Source of the DNA: Tubiluchus corallicola
Taxonomy: Eukaryota; Animalia; Priapulida
DNA length: 64,000 bases
Direction: 5' to 3'
Assembly (NCBI GenBank): GCA_030141605.1
Contig: JAQGDQ010000002.1
Coordinates: forward strand, 1,364,001 to 1,428,000
The notes below the pieces were generated by a model. The model saw only the letters and a list, made by a program, of their open reading frames with translations. It was not told where the DNA came from and ran no database searches. The translations under genes were made by a program, and so were the position numbers. How positions within the stretch are numbered: position 1 is the stretch's first letter; every line of letters begins with the position of its first letter. Below, piece by piece: positions 24,901 through 36,900 of the stretch.

Positions 24901-27900
24901 ATGAGGAATTGCCAAAACTTAGGGATTCTGCAAACAGGTCTTACCAATTGAGACACGAGCCAATATATGCCAATGTTGTGCCAGTTAACATAAATACAAA
25001 AACGATGATGAAAGAACTGCCACAGGATTTGGAAGTGCGAGACTTAGGGTTGCATAAAAAGAACATCCCTAAGGAATACTCTGATACTATGCTTTTAAGA
25101 GAGCTACCCCCAGACATGACTTTAGCTGAGTTGGGTGTCCTAAAAGAAGATATTCCCAATGTTCAGAGAAGTGCTAATTTGAATTACACACTGCGCCATG
25201 CACCAGTTTATCGAAATGCTATTCCGGCAGATATTACGCAAGAGACATTAGTTAGCATGTTTCTAGAAGATATGACATTGAGTGATCTGGGAATAACAAA
25301 AGAACAACTTCCTGAAGCTGTGTCTACAGAAACAACTGTTCGAAATTTACCAAAAGGCATGAAAGTAAGAGACTTGGGGTATGATGCCAAAGACTTGCCA
25401 GTTGTCCGGGAGCATGCAAATGCTACTTATCAATTGAAGCACGGACCAGTCTACAGTAATGTTTTACCGGCAAGTCTTAGTCCTGAAACTAAAGTAACTG
25501 ATCTTCCACAAGACCTGACACTGAGAGAAGTTGGAATCAAAGAGCATCAGGTACCTGCCAAGGTTTCCCTGGACACTAATTTAGAAGAGATGCCAAATTT
25601 TATGACGTTAAAAAGCTTGGGTGTTGAAAAGGAAGACATACCTCAGATTCGAGATTGTGCTATGCATTGTCATCAAGTTAAAAATGGTCCCTTATATTGG
25701 GACTGCTTGCCAATTGAGATGACTCCTGACACGAAACTGAAAGAATTGCCACAAGACATGACTTTAAGGGATTTGCAAGTGATTGAAGTTCCTGCAGGTA
25801 TGTCTGCAGATACCATGCTGTGTGATCTTCCAGGTAATCTCACCTTACGTGACCTTGGATACACTGAAGCAGAAATACCTCTGCTGAGGCAGCACGCTAA
25901 TCAAAATTATCAACTTCGTCGTGGTCCTGTAATAGTCACTGAGTCAACTGCTGTGCATCAGTTGCCACAGAAATTAACCTTGGGAGAGATTGGCTTGTCA
26001 GAGGAGCAGATAAAGCAGCTACCAGGCAGTGTCACACAGGAAACAACTTTAAGCGAGCTGCAGCAGGACCTAACACTTGCTGATCTTGGTAAGTTGTACG
26101 TGATTTTAATTAAAAAATTCTAATTAATGTATTATTAACACTGTCATTTATTGTATTATCTTGATTTGCATATTATTTTTTGGGTCTAACTTTGTGCAGG
26201 CTTGACTGACTTACTGTGATAGCCATAGAGTTGTTGTTTATTAACAGTCATTGGGTTTATAAATTATACTACAAGCAGCTTCAATCTTCTGTTCTTGTTA
26301 CATACTAAGAAATTTCCAAACATTTTTATATACTGGTTTTTTCTTTTACTTACTCTTACTTCTGGAAACCAAAGAAAAGTTTGTGAATTACTTTTGAGCT
26401 AGTTTCTTGTGAACATTTTAGTGAGTTGTCCAAGTATAAAATTCCCCTTGTTATTATCTCCTCTTTTATGTAGTTAAACCCCATTACTGATGTACATAAT
26501 ACTTTGCCTTGAAAATTTCCCATTTTATGTTCCTGTTAAATTTTAAAAACTTGGATTCTTGCAGTTAGCCTGAAATATACATTTAGACTCACATTATCGA
26601 AGTATTGCTGTAGTCTAATTGTAGCATTAGGTAGGATAAAATGCATATTTTTGAAACACCAATTTGTTTCAGTCTGGTTGTTTAATTTATTCTATTTTAT
26701 GTATCTACTAAGTATATGTAGTTTTGTACAAATTATTTTTATTTTCTAAGTAATTTTCTAATACTAATTTCTGTAAGGCAAAACTGGGATCCTGTGCAGA
26801 CATTGCGAGTTACAGTGGTTCCTTTTTTGTCTGGCACAGTATCAACATAAAATAATATCTGTTGGTTGAGTTATTTATCTTTGCACTTTTCTAGCATAAC
26901 TTTATTTGCTTTAGACCTTTGGAATGCAAATGTAACAGTGAGTAATCTAGGGATTTATATCAGTAGTAGCATTTTATGAAAGTAAACTCGCGCTACCCTT
27001 TTGAGTACAGTAGGCTTGTTTCAAAAACAAATGGTGTAATGGAAATCTCTCATTTTGCTGCATTTTAATTGTTAGCAAAATTTGGCACTGATTGTTAATT
27101 TACTGGTGAAGAAATTGCAATTGAAATAATTAAAAAAAATTGTGTGGGACATTTAGATTAAGCATAATCTGAATTAGTGCATAAAATTTAATTCATTGGA
27201 AATAATACCCGGACATGGTAAGGTTTTTTAAGTAACAGCTTTACCTACTAAATGATTAGTGTTTGTGATAAGTGTCTGTGTGAACCTGACTCTCTGCGTG
27301 TCTCCCACACCTGCATCTCCTGTTTGCATTGGGTGCTAACTCGAGTGGAGTTAACTCTAGTTGGTAATGAGTTGGTGATCATCTTGAGGACCAAGATATA
27401 ATTACCTGCGCTCAGGAGTGCGCTGCTATGTAGGTAGTGAGTACTCAATGGGTTTGCAGACACGGCTGCAAAGCCCTACCCATGTGCTTTTGCAACAAAC
27501 GAATTTAGATGGTTCCGGGCCATCTGTCTTTCTACTCGACTGATATCACACCCATTTTTGTAGGCTTCGAGGTTTGTGACCCTCTTGGCCCAAGCCAGCT
27601 CTTTATTCCACACCGGTGCCGATGCACTCATGCTCACCAGCGAGTCTGGCGAGGCTTGCATACGACTGAGCATCTTGACCTTCATCAGAGGCACATCCTC
27701 TTCAAGACAAGAAAACCCTATTCTGCCCTTTTTCATGGACAAACTCATTTGATCCAAGAACAGGTTGAAATTTGGGGCCTTCAAAAACATAGAACAAAGT
27801 TAATGGATTTAGAGATTGAAGAGCCTTTTTGACGTTTTGTTTTTCTGTGAAAAAAGTTTTCTCTGTTTTGTATACAGGTGTCAATGAGGTTGACGGTGTA

Positions 27901-30900
27901 CAAAGAGTAAAAAGCGTTGCTAATCCCGACCCCATTGCGACGAAGTACTCCGCTGTGGAGCTTTCTGCTGATATGAAACTTTCAGAGCTGCCTGAAGGTG
28001 TTTCAAAGGAAATGCTGGGCATTGACGAGGAAACTTTGAATAAATACATTGTAAGTTGCTAAACAAGTAATACACTTGTTTAATTATAAATCAATCTATG
28101 TAAGCATGGTTTAAATGCAACTTTTATTAAACGTGGCTGTTCGAATATACTGAAAAAGATAACATTACATATATTGATTTTGTTAGTTTACTGACTTATA
28201 GGAATGTATAATTTATGAGACCAGAGCATGATGTTAGATCTAGTAAATTTTCCTTCAAGTGAGTAGGTATTGAGTTGCACAAACTAACTTGTCTTACTTT
28301 AACATTAATGTAGGCAGAGAAACCAGAAGGCAAAGAAAAACAATCTGCAAAAGAGGCCCTCTTGATGTGGTGCAAGTCTAAAACAGATGGGTATGCAGAT
28401 GTTTGAATGGCTTTCTTTACTGTAATAGTTTATTGTATTTGAAATGTATAATATTTTTGTGATACGATGCTAAATTTTGAAGGCAATGATGACGACATTG
28501 ATAGGAATTACTGGAACACTACAAAGACAAAATTTTTGGTAAATCGCTGGACATAATTAAGATTACAAAAATACAGTTTATCAAAGTAAATTTGGTACTA
28601 GTGCATTGCATGTGAAAGGATGCAGCCTGTACGTTTGCTGCTTACACATAACGCAAATGCTTAATTTTGATTTTTTATAACTGCTTAACTAGGCATGAAA
28701 ATTGTGAAGTGCAGAATTTCTCTCAAAGTTGGAATGATGGTATGGCTTTTTGCGCTCTTATTCACACTCATAGGTAAGAAATATTTGTTACTATATATTT
28801 CTGAAATTATACCAATTTCATACTTACTATATTTAATTAAAAACAAATAGTATTTTCTTGCTTAGTGTCACATGACTAATTCTGGGTTAGTATTTTTTCT
28901 ATGTAGAATAACACTAATTGACAGGACCCAATTATTATGAGGTGGTTATGTTAGACTAAAATCGGGTAATTGGTATCTCGCTATGATGGGTAATCCTTTA
29001 AAATGAGACATCGAACTAACAAACGTATCCTAGTTGTGTTTAGCTATATGTGCACCCTCCTTATTCCAGATAAATTGGCAGGGTGGTATGGCAGATGTGG
29101 TCGCCTAAAATCAGCTATGTTAAAATCCTTAAATTGTTATTTTATGGAATTCTGTGCTTTACTGTTTTGGTTTCCCTAATTTCAGGCCAGACTTAATTGA
29201 TTACGACTCGCTGGATCCAGAAGAACGGGTTAAAAACCTAAACTATGCGTTTGATATCGCAGAGCAAGAACTGGGTATCCCACAATTGCTTGACGCAGAA
29301 GGTAATTAAGGAAGCTGACACATGCAGTAAGTCCTCATTTAACGACTCCCAGTTTAGCGACGTTTATTTTAACAATGCTGAACATTAGACACCTTTTTTC
29401 ACTTCACGACACACATTTCATTTTAATGACGATTTTTTTACTTTGCTGAAAGCCAATTTGCATTTTATCAACAACTTTTTTACTAAATTTGAAGCATTAA
29501 AACAGCACATATTGCGTTATTCTGTTTTGAAAGTGCAATAGTAACATAAACAGTGCAATTATTATATATATTCTTGCTTCCCGCCTGACTAATACTATAC
29601 TAGCTGCCATTTCTATCAAGCAACCAGACTATGTAGTAAATGATGCAGTGCTCTGGAATGATAAAATTTCCAAGGTCACCTCATGCAGCGCTTGGGTTTG
29701 ACTCTGCAATGTTTATTGTTTAATGTATGCCTAGGCTTAAACCGTAATGAAAGAGAAATGCTAGACAGGTACATATTGGTAAGAAAGATAAGTGGTTTCA
29801 AGCAAGCAGAAAGAAATTAATTAGTAGAAACCATAAAGAAACTCATAAAACATTTAACTGATGTGATTTAAGCAGCATTGAGTTTTGACTCTGGAACATA
29901 CTTCAGTTCTTTTACATTATTTTCTGTGGAAGTTTTGGTTTCGTTTAACGACGTTTCCCTTAACTGCGCATTTTGCTGGAACACATTTGCATCGTTAAGT
30001 GAGGACTTACTGTACATCAGGTTGTTGTAAGTGTAGTTAGCTTTCTAGCTTTGCCTCAACAGGAGGTTGTATTCAATTTGTTTTACGATGTTAGGTGTGC
30101 ACCATGCAACATTTTTGTACAAAAAATTGTCTGGGTTGTTTATTTTGTTCATGGTAACAAACTAATACGTAGATAAGCAAAGGGTAAATAGCTAATAGCT
30201 CTTTTGCTTGATCAGTTTTAGATTATTCATATTCTGAGTTTGCCAGTTGGGTAGACCTGTTTTGTGAACTGTTAACATTACTTTATAGAGATAATAAAAT
30301 ATTGTGGATGTAAACCTAATTTGCTGAAATGCTAAAATTAATGTTCTCGTGTGATCTGTGTTGTCATTGGTGTTATAATTATTCTAGTGGTCTACCATTA
30401 TGCTTCTAGTTCAGTTGTTACTATGACATTTTTAAAGTACCTTTTAGACAATCAGTTTTTTCATCAAACTCGTTTGTCATTTAACAAACTAATTTGATCA
30501 TGTAAACACCGAAACTGACAAACTTTTAATTTGACAAATGAAGTTTGATGATATCAAACCGTCTTCAATTCATCAAACAAAAACTGACAAACTCAGACAC
30601 AACAGTCATTTGTGCACTCGTGACATCATACTGACTGTTCATTTTCGTGCATGTAGGAAGAAATTAATAACAACTAAAAACTACAGTTGGGTCTATTGTG
30701 AAATTTAAATCGGCTCTAGGGGTTCTTTCACAATGGGATTGAATGTCAGATTAACTGCATAATTTGCACAAATGTTAAAGTGCACATATCAAAACTGACT
30801 TTGAAGTACACATTTCCTTCAAATTGCTCTTATTGGATAAAATTTTTCAAAGTGATCTCGTTTTTTTCTTAATGTTGTCGTTATTAATTCAAAAGGACGG

Positions 30901-33900
30901 TATAAATATGCATCAATCAGCATTATTTGAAGCTGGCTGACACTGGGACCTGGAAGGTAGAAGCGGTAGTAATAAAAAGGAAATTCTGATTTTGCTGTAC
31001 TGTTTTCTACCAATTCAACTAACGAATTTGTGACAGTACTGTAGATGTGTTATACAGGCATTGCTTAGTTTGTGTTTAGCTTCATGAATCATGGCTTCCT
31101 TTGAGGATCTAGTCAAAAATTGCGGGTGTAACATATGTATATAATTCAAAAGTCACTCGGCACCTCAGTTTTTAGCTCTCTCAAAATCAGGCAGTAGCTC
31201 TCCCTTTCGATTCTTCGCTGTAGTCGTTTTTCATCCAAACTTTTCTAACTCTTTCCAATTTCTCGTTTTCTAATTGCACAAGCTAGCACAACAGGCAATA
31301 AAGCATCTTCACATGTTGGCACCATAAAATTTGATGTCACCTCTAAACACGTATCATTTGTTAGATTGACGGTTTTTGTTTGTCAGTTTTAGTTTGACAG
31401 TTTAAAAACTGGTCGTGTAAATGGACCATAAGTGATCTTACCTGCTACATGATTCTACTAAAGGTTGCTTTTCCTACTAATGATTTTTGAGAGTAAAAAT
31501 GGTGTTTGCTATCAAGTTCAAGTCCAAATAAATATTAACATGATATTTTATACCTCTACAATGCTGTTTAGTTTCTCATAGACCCTTTACAGATATGCCT
31601 AAACTGCTTTATGCATTAACGACAACAATAATAATAAAAAAGTAAACACTTGCAAGATTGGCTGTGCTCCCACTGCACATGCATTTGTGTGAATTTATTT
31701 GAGCTCTGTATTTATAGGCTTGGTGAGAATGTAGTTTTAGCAAATGAGTTTCAAATACAGCTTTATTTTTTCTGTTACAGATGTGGCTGTTAAAAGACCA
31801 GATGAAAAATCTATTATGACATACATTGCCTCTTATTATCATACATTTGCTAAAATGAAAGACGAAAATACAAGCAGTAAACGCATTGGCAAGGTAAATG
31901 CTGATGACTTTAGACTAGCCACTGTTTTTAATCATAATTGAGATAATTGCCATTTATCAGTAATGGTGTGTGTATCTTTGTTTATTAATTGTTGGCGATT
32001 CATTTCAAGTCTTCTTATCAGTGCAAAGTAACATCATGCAGATTATGAACAAATATAAGTTTTTTTAATGCTTGAGATAAATTTGATATGACATCTGAAA
32101 AAACGTCAATTACATTCATGGATCAAAGTTGCATGTTGAGTTATGTTTACTTTGACTAAAAAACTCAGCATCAGTATGTATCAATATAATGCAATAAGTT
32201 TATTTTAAAATGTTCTTACTTTTAAAGGAACTTGCCCAAGTCAGTATGGCTTGCGTACTGTCCGCAGGCCCATTCAAAGAGTTTCCTGTAATTTTATTCT
32301 TTTTGTGTCTTGTTTTTATTCAAAGTTGTGACTAGCACTGTTCACATGAGCAATTTGAAATTTAATGAATTTTTGTTAACAAAAACCTGTATGTTTGGCT
32401 ATAGTTGCTTTTTGGCTGTATTAATTATTAGCCTTAGGTAAAAGTTTGTTGCATTTTAGATAGTAAATTTCATGATGGACATTGACGAACAGAAGGAAAT
32501 TTATGAACAAAGTGCCGACGAGTTATTAAAATGGATTCAGAATAAAACTGCTGAGCTGAATGATCCCAGTTTACCAAATAGCATGGAAGCTACACACCAA
32601 GAACTTGCAAAATTCCACGATTATATTAGAGTTGAAAAGCCACTAAGGTTATCTGAAATCTTAGTTTATAATATTACTATTTCTTGAAAAAACTTTTTAA
32701 AAACCACATTAAGTCTGCTATTTAATATTTTTGCATGAAATGATATTATTATTGTTATTGTAGAGTATAGAGAACAGATTTAAAATTCATTCTGCACAGC
32801 TTTATAGTTTATGCCAATGGTCTTTCATTTTTACTTACATTTTGTGTACACTTACTTTCATATATGACTGCCTTTGTGACAGTCATATGCCATTTTCATG
32901 CACGTAATTGTGTACAGAACAGGTATAGGTCACTTATTGATACTAAAGTTTACCACGGCTAATATAGCTTAAGTCATTCGAAAAAATACATCACTTCAAA
33001 AATGCGAAAATTTCATCATGGTAAGTAAAGCTTAAGTTGTTTTTAACGTTTATTCTGAACTTTTTTTATTACAGAATGTTGTGCAGAACACTTCATTATC
33101 ATTAATCTTTCATTGTGCACCACTATAAAAAATTTTTATTCATTACAGATACAAGGAGAAAGGCGAACTTGAGGCACAACTGTTTGACATCCAGACAAAA
33201 CTTAATGCAGAGAGTCGTAGTTACTATCAACCGCCTGAGGGAAAACTTGTTAGTGATGTTGAGAAAGCTTGGCAGCAATTGGAGAAAGCTGAACATGCAC
33301 GTGAAGTTGCTCTGCGAGACAACCTAAGAAGGTAAGTGTCACATTTATTATTGCCAATCAGTCCCTTCATTGTGTTAGTATCACTTTATTTAATCATTGT
33401 CAATCATTTGATTTTTTCCATCATTAGGGAAGAAAAATTGGAACAGCTAGCTGAGAAATTTAATAGGAAGGCAGAGCTTAGGGAGTCATGGCTTGCTGAT
33501 CAGAACAAGATCCTTGATAACATGCCTATCGGCGAAACGGCGAAAGAAGTGGAGTTGGCAGCAAAGAGACATGTAACCATGACAACTGAAGTTCTTGCGC
33601 GGGTACGTTTACTTTGCTATGGCTTCCTGACTGCTAAGTTGTATTTGGGAAGCATGTAATGGCAGGCGTATTTGAGACTGTCCATAATCCTTCAGTAATT
33701 CACATTTTAAAAATATTAACCCTACAGTATTTATGTTGGGGACAATAGTATTGTGACACCCTATGAATATACAGAAGTGTTATATCTGACTCCTCCTTAT
33801 AGCTAGGATTACTTTCCAGTTAAGAAAATATTTTTAATGATTCCGAGAGGACAAGAAGCCTTTTCTTAAGAAATTAGTTTTTAATATTTTTTAAACCAAG

Positions 33901-36900
33901 CTGGGCATCAGTTTACTTATAATAATTATAGTTTAATTATAGACATTCTTATTTTAGTTAAGTAAAGTTTCATGAAACAAATTTAGACAATATTAGCTCC
34001 ATTCTTGCTGGCTTTCGTTTGTCCTTCTAACAAGTTTTGTCAGATTAGTATCAGTAGTAATCAATGAAATTCAATTTTTTGGCTATTTGTTTTTGATTCT
34101 GGTTCACTGACTAATAATCAATAATGGTCTGCAGATGATCTGTTGTGATTTGTTAACACATAAAGTGTCAGTCAAGGACAAATCTATTTGTTTTACACTC
34201 ATTTCTATTTTTGCTTTTTTTATTAATGTAGAAAGACAGATTTGATTTGCTGAAAAAAATGGCAGAGCATCTTGCAGAGGCAGATTACCATGAGACAACT
34301 GTAATTAAAGCAAAGTAAGTTACTTCATGAAATGTTTAGTTGTTTGTATGAATGATATTCTATTTAAAATAAACTATTTGGGATTATTTTGTTTTGATTT
34401 TGATGGCCATTGGGCTTCCTTATTATATAATTTCCTTTTGTGGCTTTCACACATGCGTCTGGTAACGAACTCTTCAGTGCCGTTAACATTTTGCAAAAAT
34501 TGTTATTCCAGAAGTAATAGCAAAACAAATTACTGTACTTGCTATGAAGATATAATTGAATGTATGTCTTTATCTTAAAAACAACTGTACGATTAGCTTG
34601 TCAGTAACAAAAAATTTGCTACAATAATTAGAAATGAGAGGTTCTGTTGTAATGGACTCGTAATGAATTAAGACAGTTAGGGCTATTAAGACAAGCAACA
34701 GTTTTTGTAGTAACTCAATATGAATATAAATATGAATAACTCAACTTAAGTATTTCTGTCTTAAAATACTCATTACTCACCTCAGTTATTGCATACTTTT
34801 AAATTTGGTTTTAGTGACAGTGTTTTTTAAGAGAGATGATGCAAAGTACAGATTTGCTTATAAGTAGCACTTAACAACAAATGCAGTCTGAAAAAACTTT
34901 ATAACTCAAGATTTTTTTTTATTATTTTGGCAATAATTGCACCCTGTGCATAAATACTGAATAAACTCTACTGTACCACTTCTGTTGGTCACTAAACCTA
35001 TGTAATATATTTGACTACTTTGCTGTATTGGTGTATGCTGTATTAAATTTACACATGAAAAATTATATGTGTGCTTGTATAGCAAAATCGTCAATAAGTC
35101 GGCAATTAAGCTTTTCTAGCTATTCATATGTCCTGATTCTCCATTTCATGAGGATCATTTTGATACCCAGCTTATCGCACGGTATTATTTCTAAGCTGAG
35201 ATAATCCACAATGAAGTTGAGGAGCACGCTACACAGTGAAAAACATAATCTTGAGAAAATCGCAGTTAAAGTTCGCCATTGTTTTTTGTCGTGTTTCTTC
35301 AAAACATTTAGCAACCGTACTAATGTTGGTTGCTACTGACTTTGCAAGAACTCGTTGAAGTTATGTTTAAATCTAGTAGATGGCTCTTCCTGATGAAGAC
35401 CTGGGCTTGGCAACGGAAAAAACCCGAAGCAAAATGACTGCTTCCACGAGCTACTATCGGCGTTTGAAAATACGAGTTTTTTACAATTGCAGTACTAGTT
35501 TCTAGACAGAAAAGTGGGCACGGGTTTAATAGATTAGATTTTTAGTATTTCTTAAAAATTTTCTTGACAATCTAGTGCTAGAATATTAAAGTCCAATATA
35601 TTTAGAGTTTGTTTTTTAAAAACCAGAAATTGGCATTTGACCACTCTGCTTTCTAGTTTGAAGCATTCTACTTTGAAGCATCATAACGTAGTTTTAACTA
35701 TGCCAACTTATGGATGGTTTTGGTTTGCAAGCACACATATGAAAAAATTGCCAGAATGCATGTTTTTATTTAGTTTATTACTTTACTTTACTTAATTAAA
35801 TTTCAGACATGAAAAGATTGCAGATGAATGGCATAGCCTGCTGCTTAGAATGAATGAAAAACAAAATAGTCTGGACAATGTAAACTCTGTCATATCACTG
35901 ATGAGGGACATTGATAGTCTGAATTCAGAAATGAAACATTTGGAGGTAATGTTTTGTTTATTCTCATTTTCTTTTCTACATTTATGTTTCTCCTGTAACT
36001 TTCAGGGCAAGTGCTAGTTTTTAAGCTGTGTGACAGGATAAGCTTTTTTGCTACTGATGAAGAATATAAGTGATGGCATCAAAAATAAGTACATAATAGG
36101 ATATCTTACAGAAATAGTCACTAAAAATGTTTCTACTGGGTTGCTGATCAGAATTTAGATTGTAACTGAGATGTTTCTCCTTAATTTTTATAGCAAAATT
36201 AGTTTACAAATTAAAGCAGTCAGTATTTAATTTAGTCGTTTTAAAAACTTCTTGTCACATTTCTTGCCAGGAAGCCATTATTTATAGTTCTGAAGTTTAC
36301 TTTCAACCAGTGCTTTCCAGTGCGTGTTTCTCTACTATTTTAAATTGCTGAAAATACAAATGCTGGCTTTGTATAATTGCTTTTTTTGTCACTGAAACTT
36401 TTGGAAAAAATAAATGACAACATGTGAAACAGTTTTAAAGATTCTTCTTAGTTAACACAGCAAACAGTGAGGGAACTAATTGTGATATAAACCCTTTTAT
36501 AACTGTGATTTATCAGAAATGTTTGTCATTGCAGCCTGGTGTAGACTCTAACGTAATGGGCAATGAACTTATTGCTGCTGATCATTTAGTTGAGAAACAT
36601 GCCCTCCTTGACAGCGAGGTCAAATCAGCCGGAGAAAAAGTGAACATCTTAATTGAAAAAGCTGAAAAATGGACACAAGAGAATCCTGCTCTAAAGAAGG
36701 AAATTGAAAGAATGGCAGACAATTATGCACTGTATGTTTTTTTTTACTAAATTGGCTTATCTTTCTATGTCATTTGAAGACTGACAAAATGGAAAAATTT
36801 CTTTAACATCAATTTCAAAATTTTCTGATTTGCAGACTACTGTAAATTTTGCTTTGACACTTCAAGAGTTTGTCTATTGACACTACTACTAGTGCTGCTT

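Noticed and set aside
14678-25864. Antisense ORFs over the PRDX4 exon and the large repeat exon
   Set aside because: Shadow frames of real coding sequence with no independent signal.
24432-26123. Repeat ORF as a stand-alone gene, TE or CRISPR-like array
   Set aside because: No ATG start, TIRs or TE domains. It is bounded by splice sites in phase with spectrin exons, and the repeat is at protein level rather than identical DNA with spacers.
35390-35432. CTGATGA..GAA hammerhead-ribozyme-like core
   Set aside because: Could not build stems I-III or the GAAA/NUH elements.
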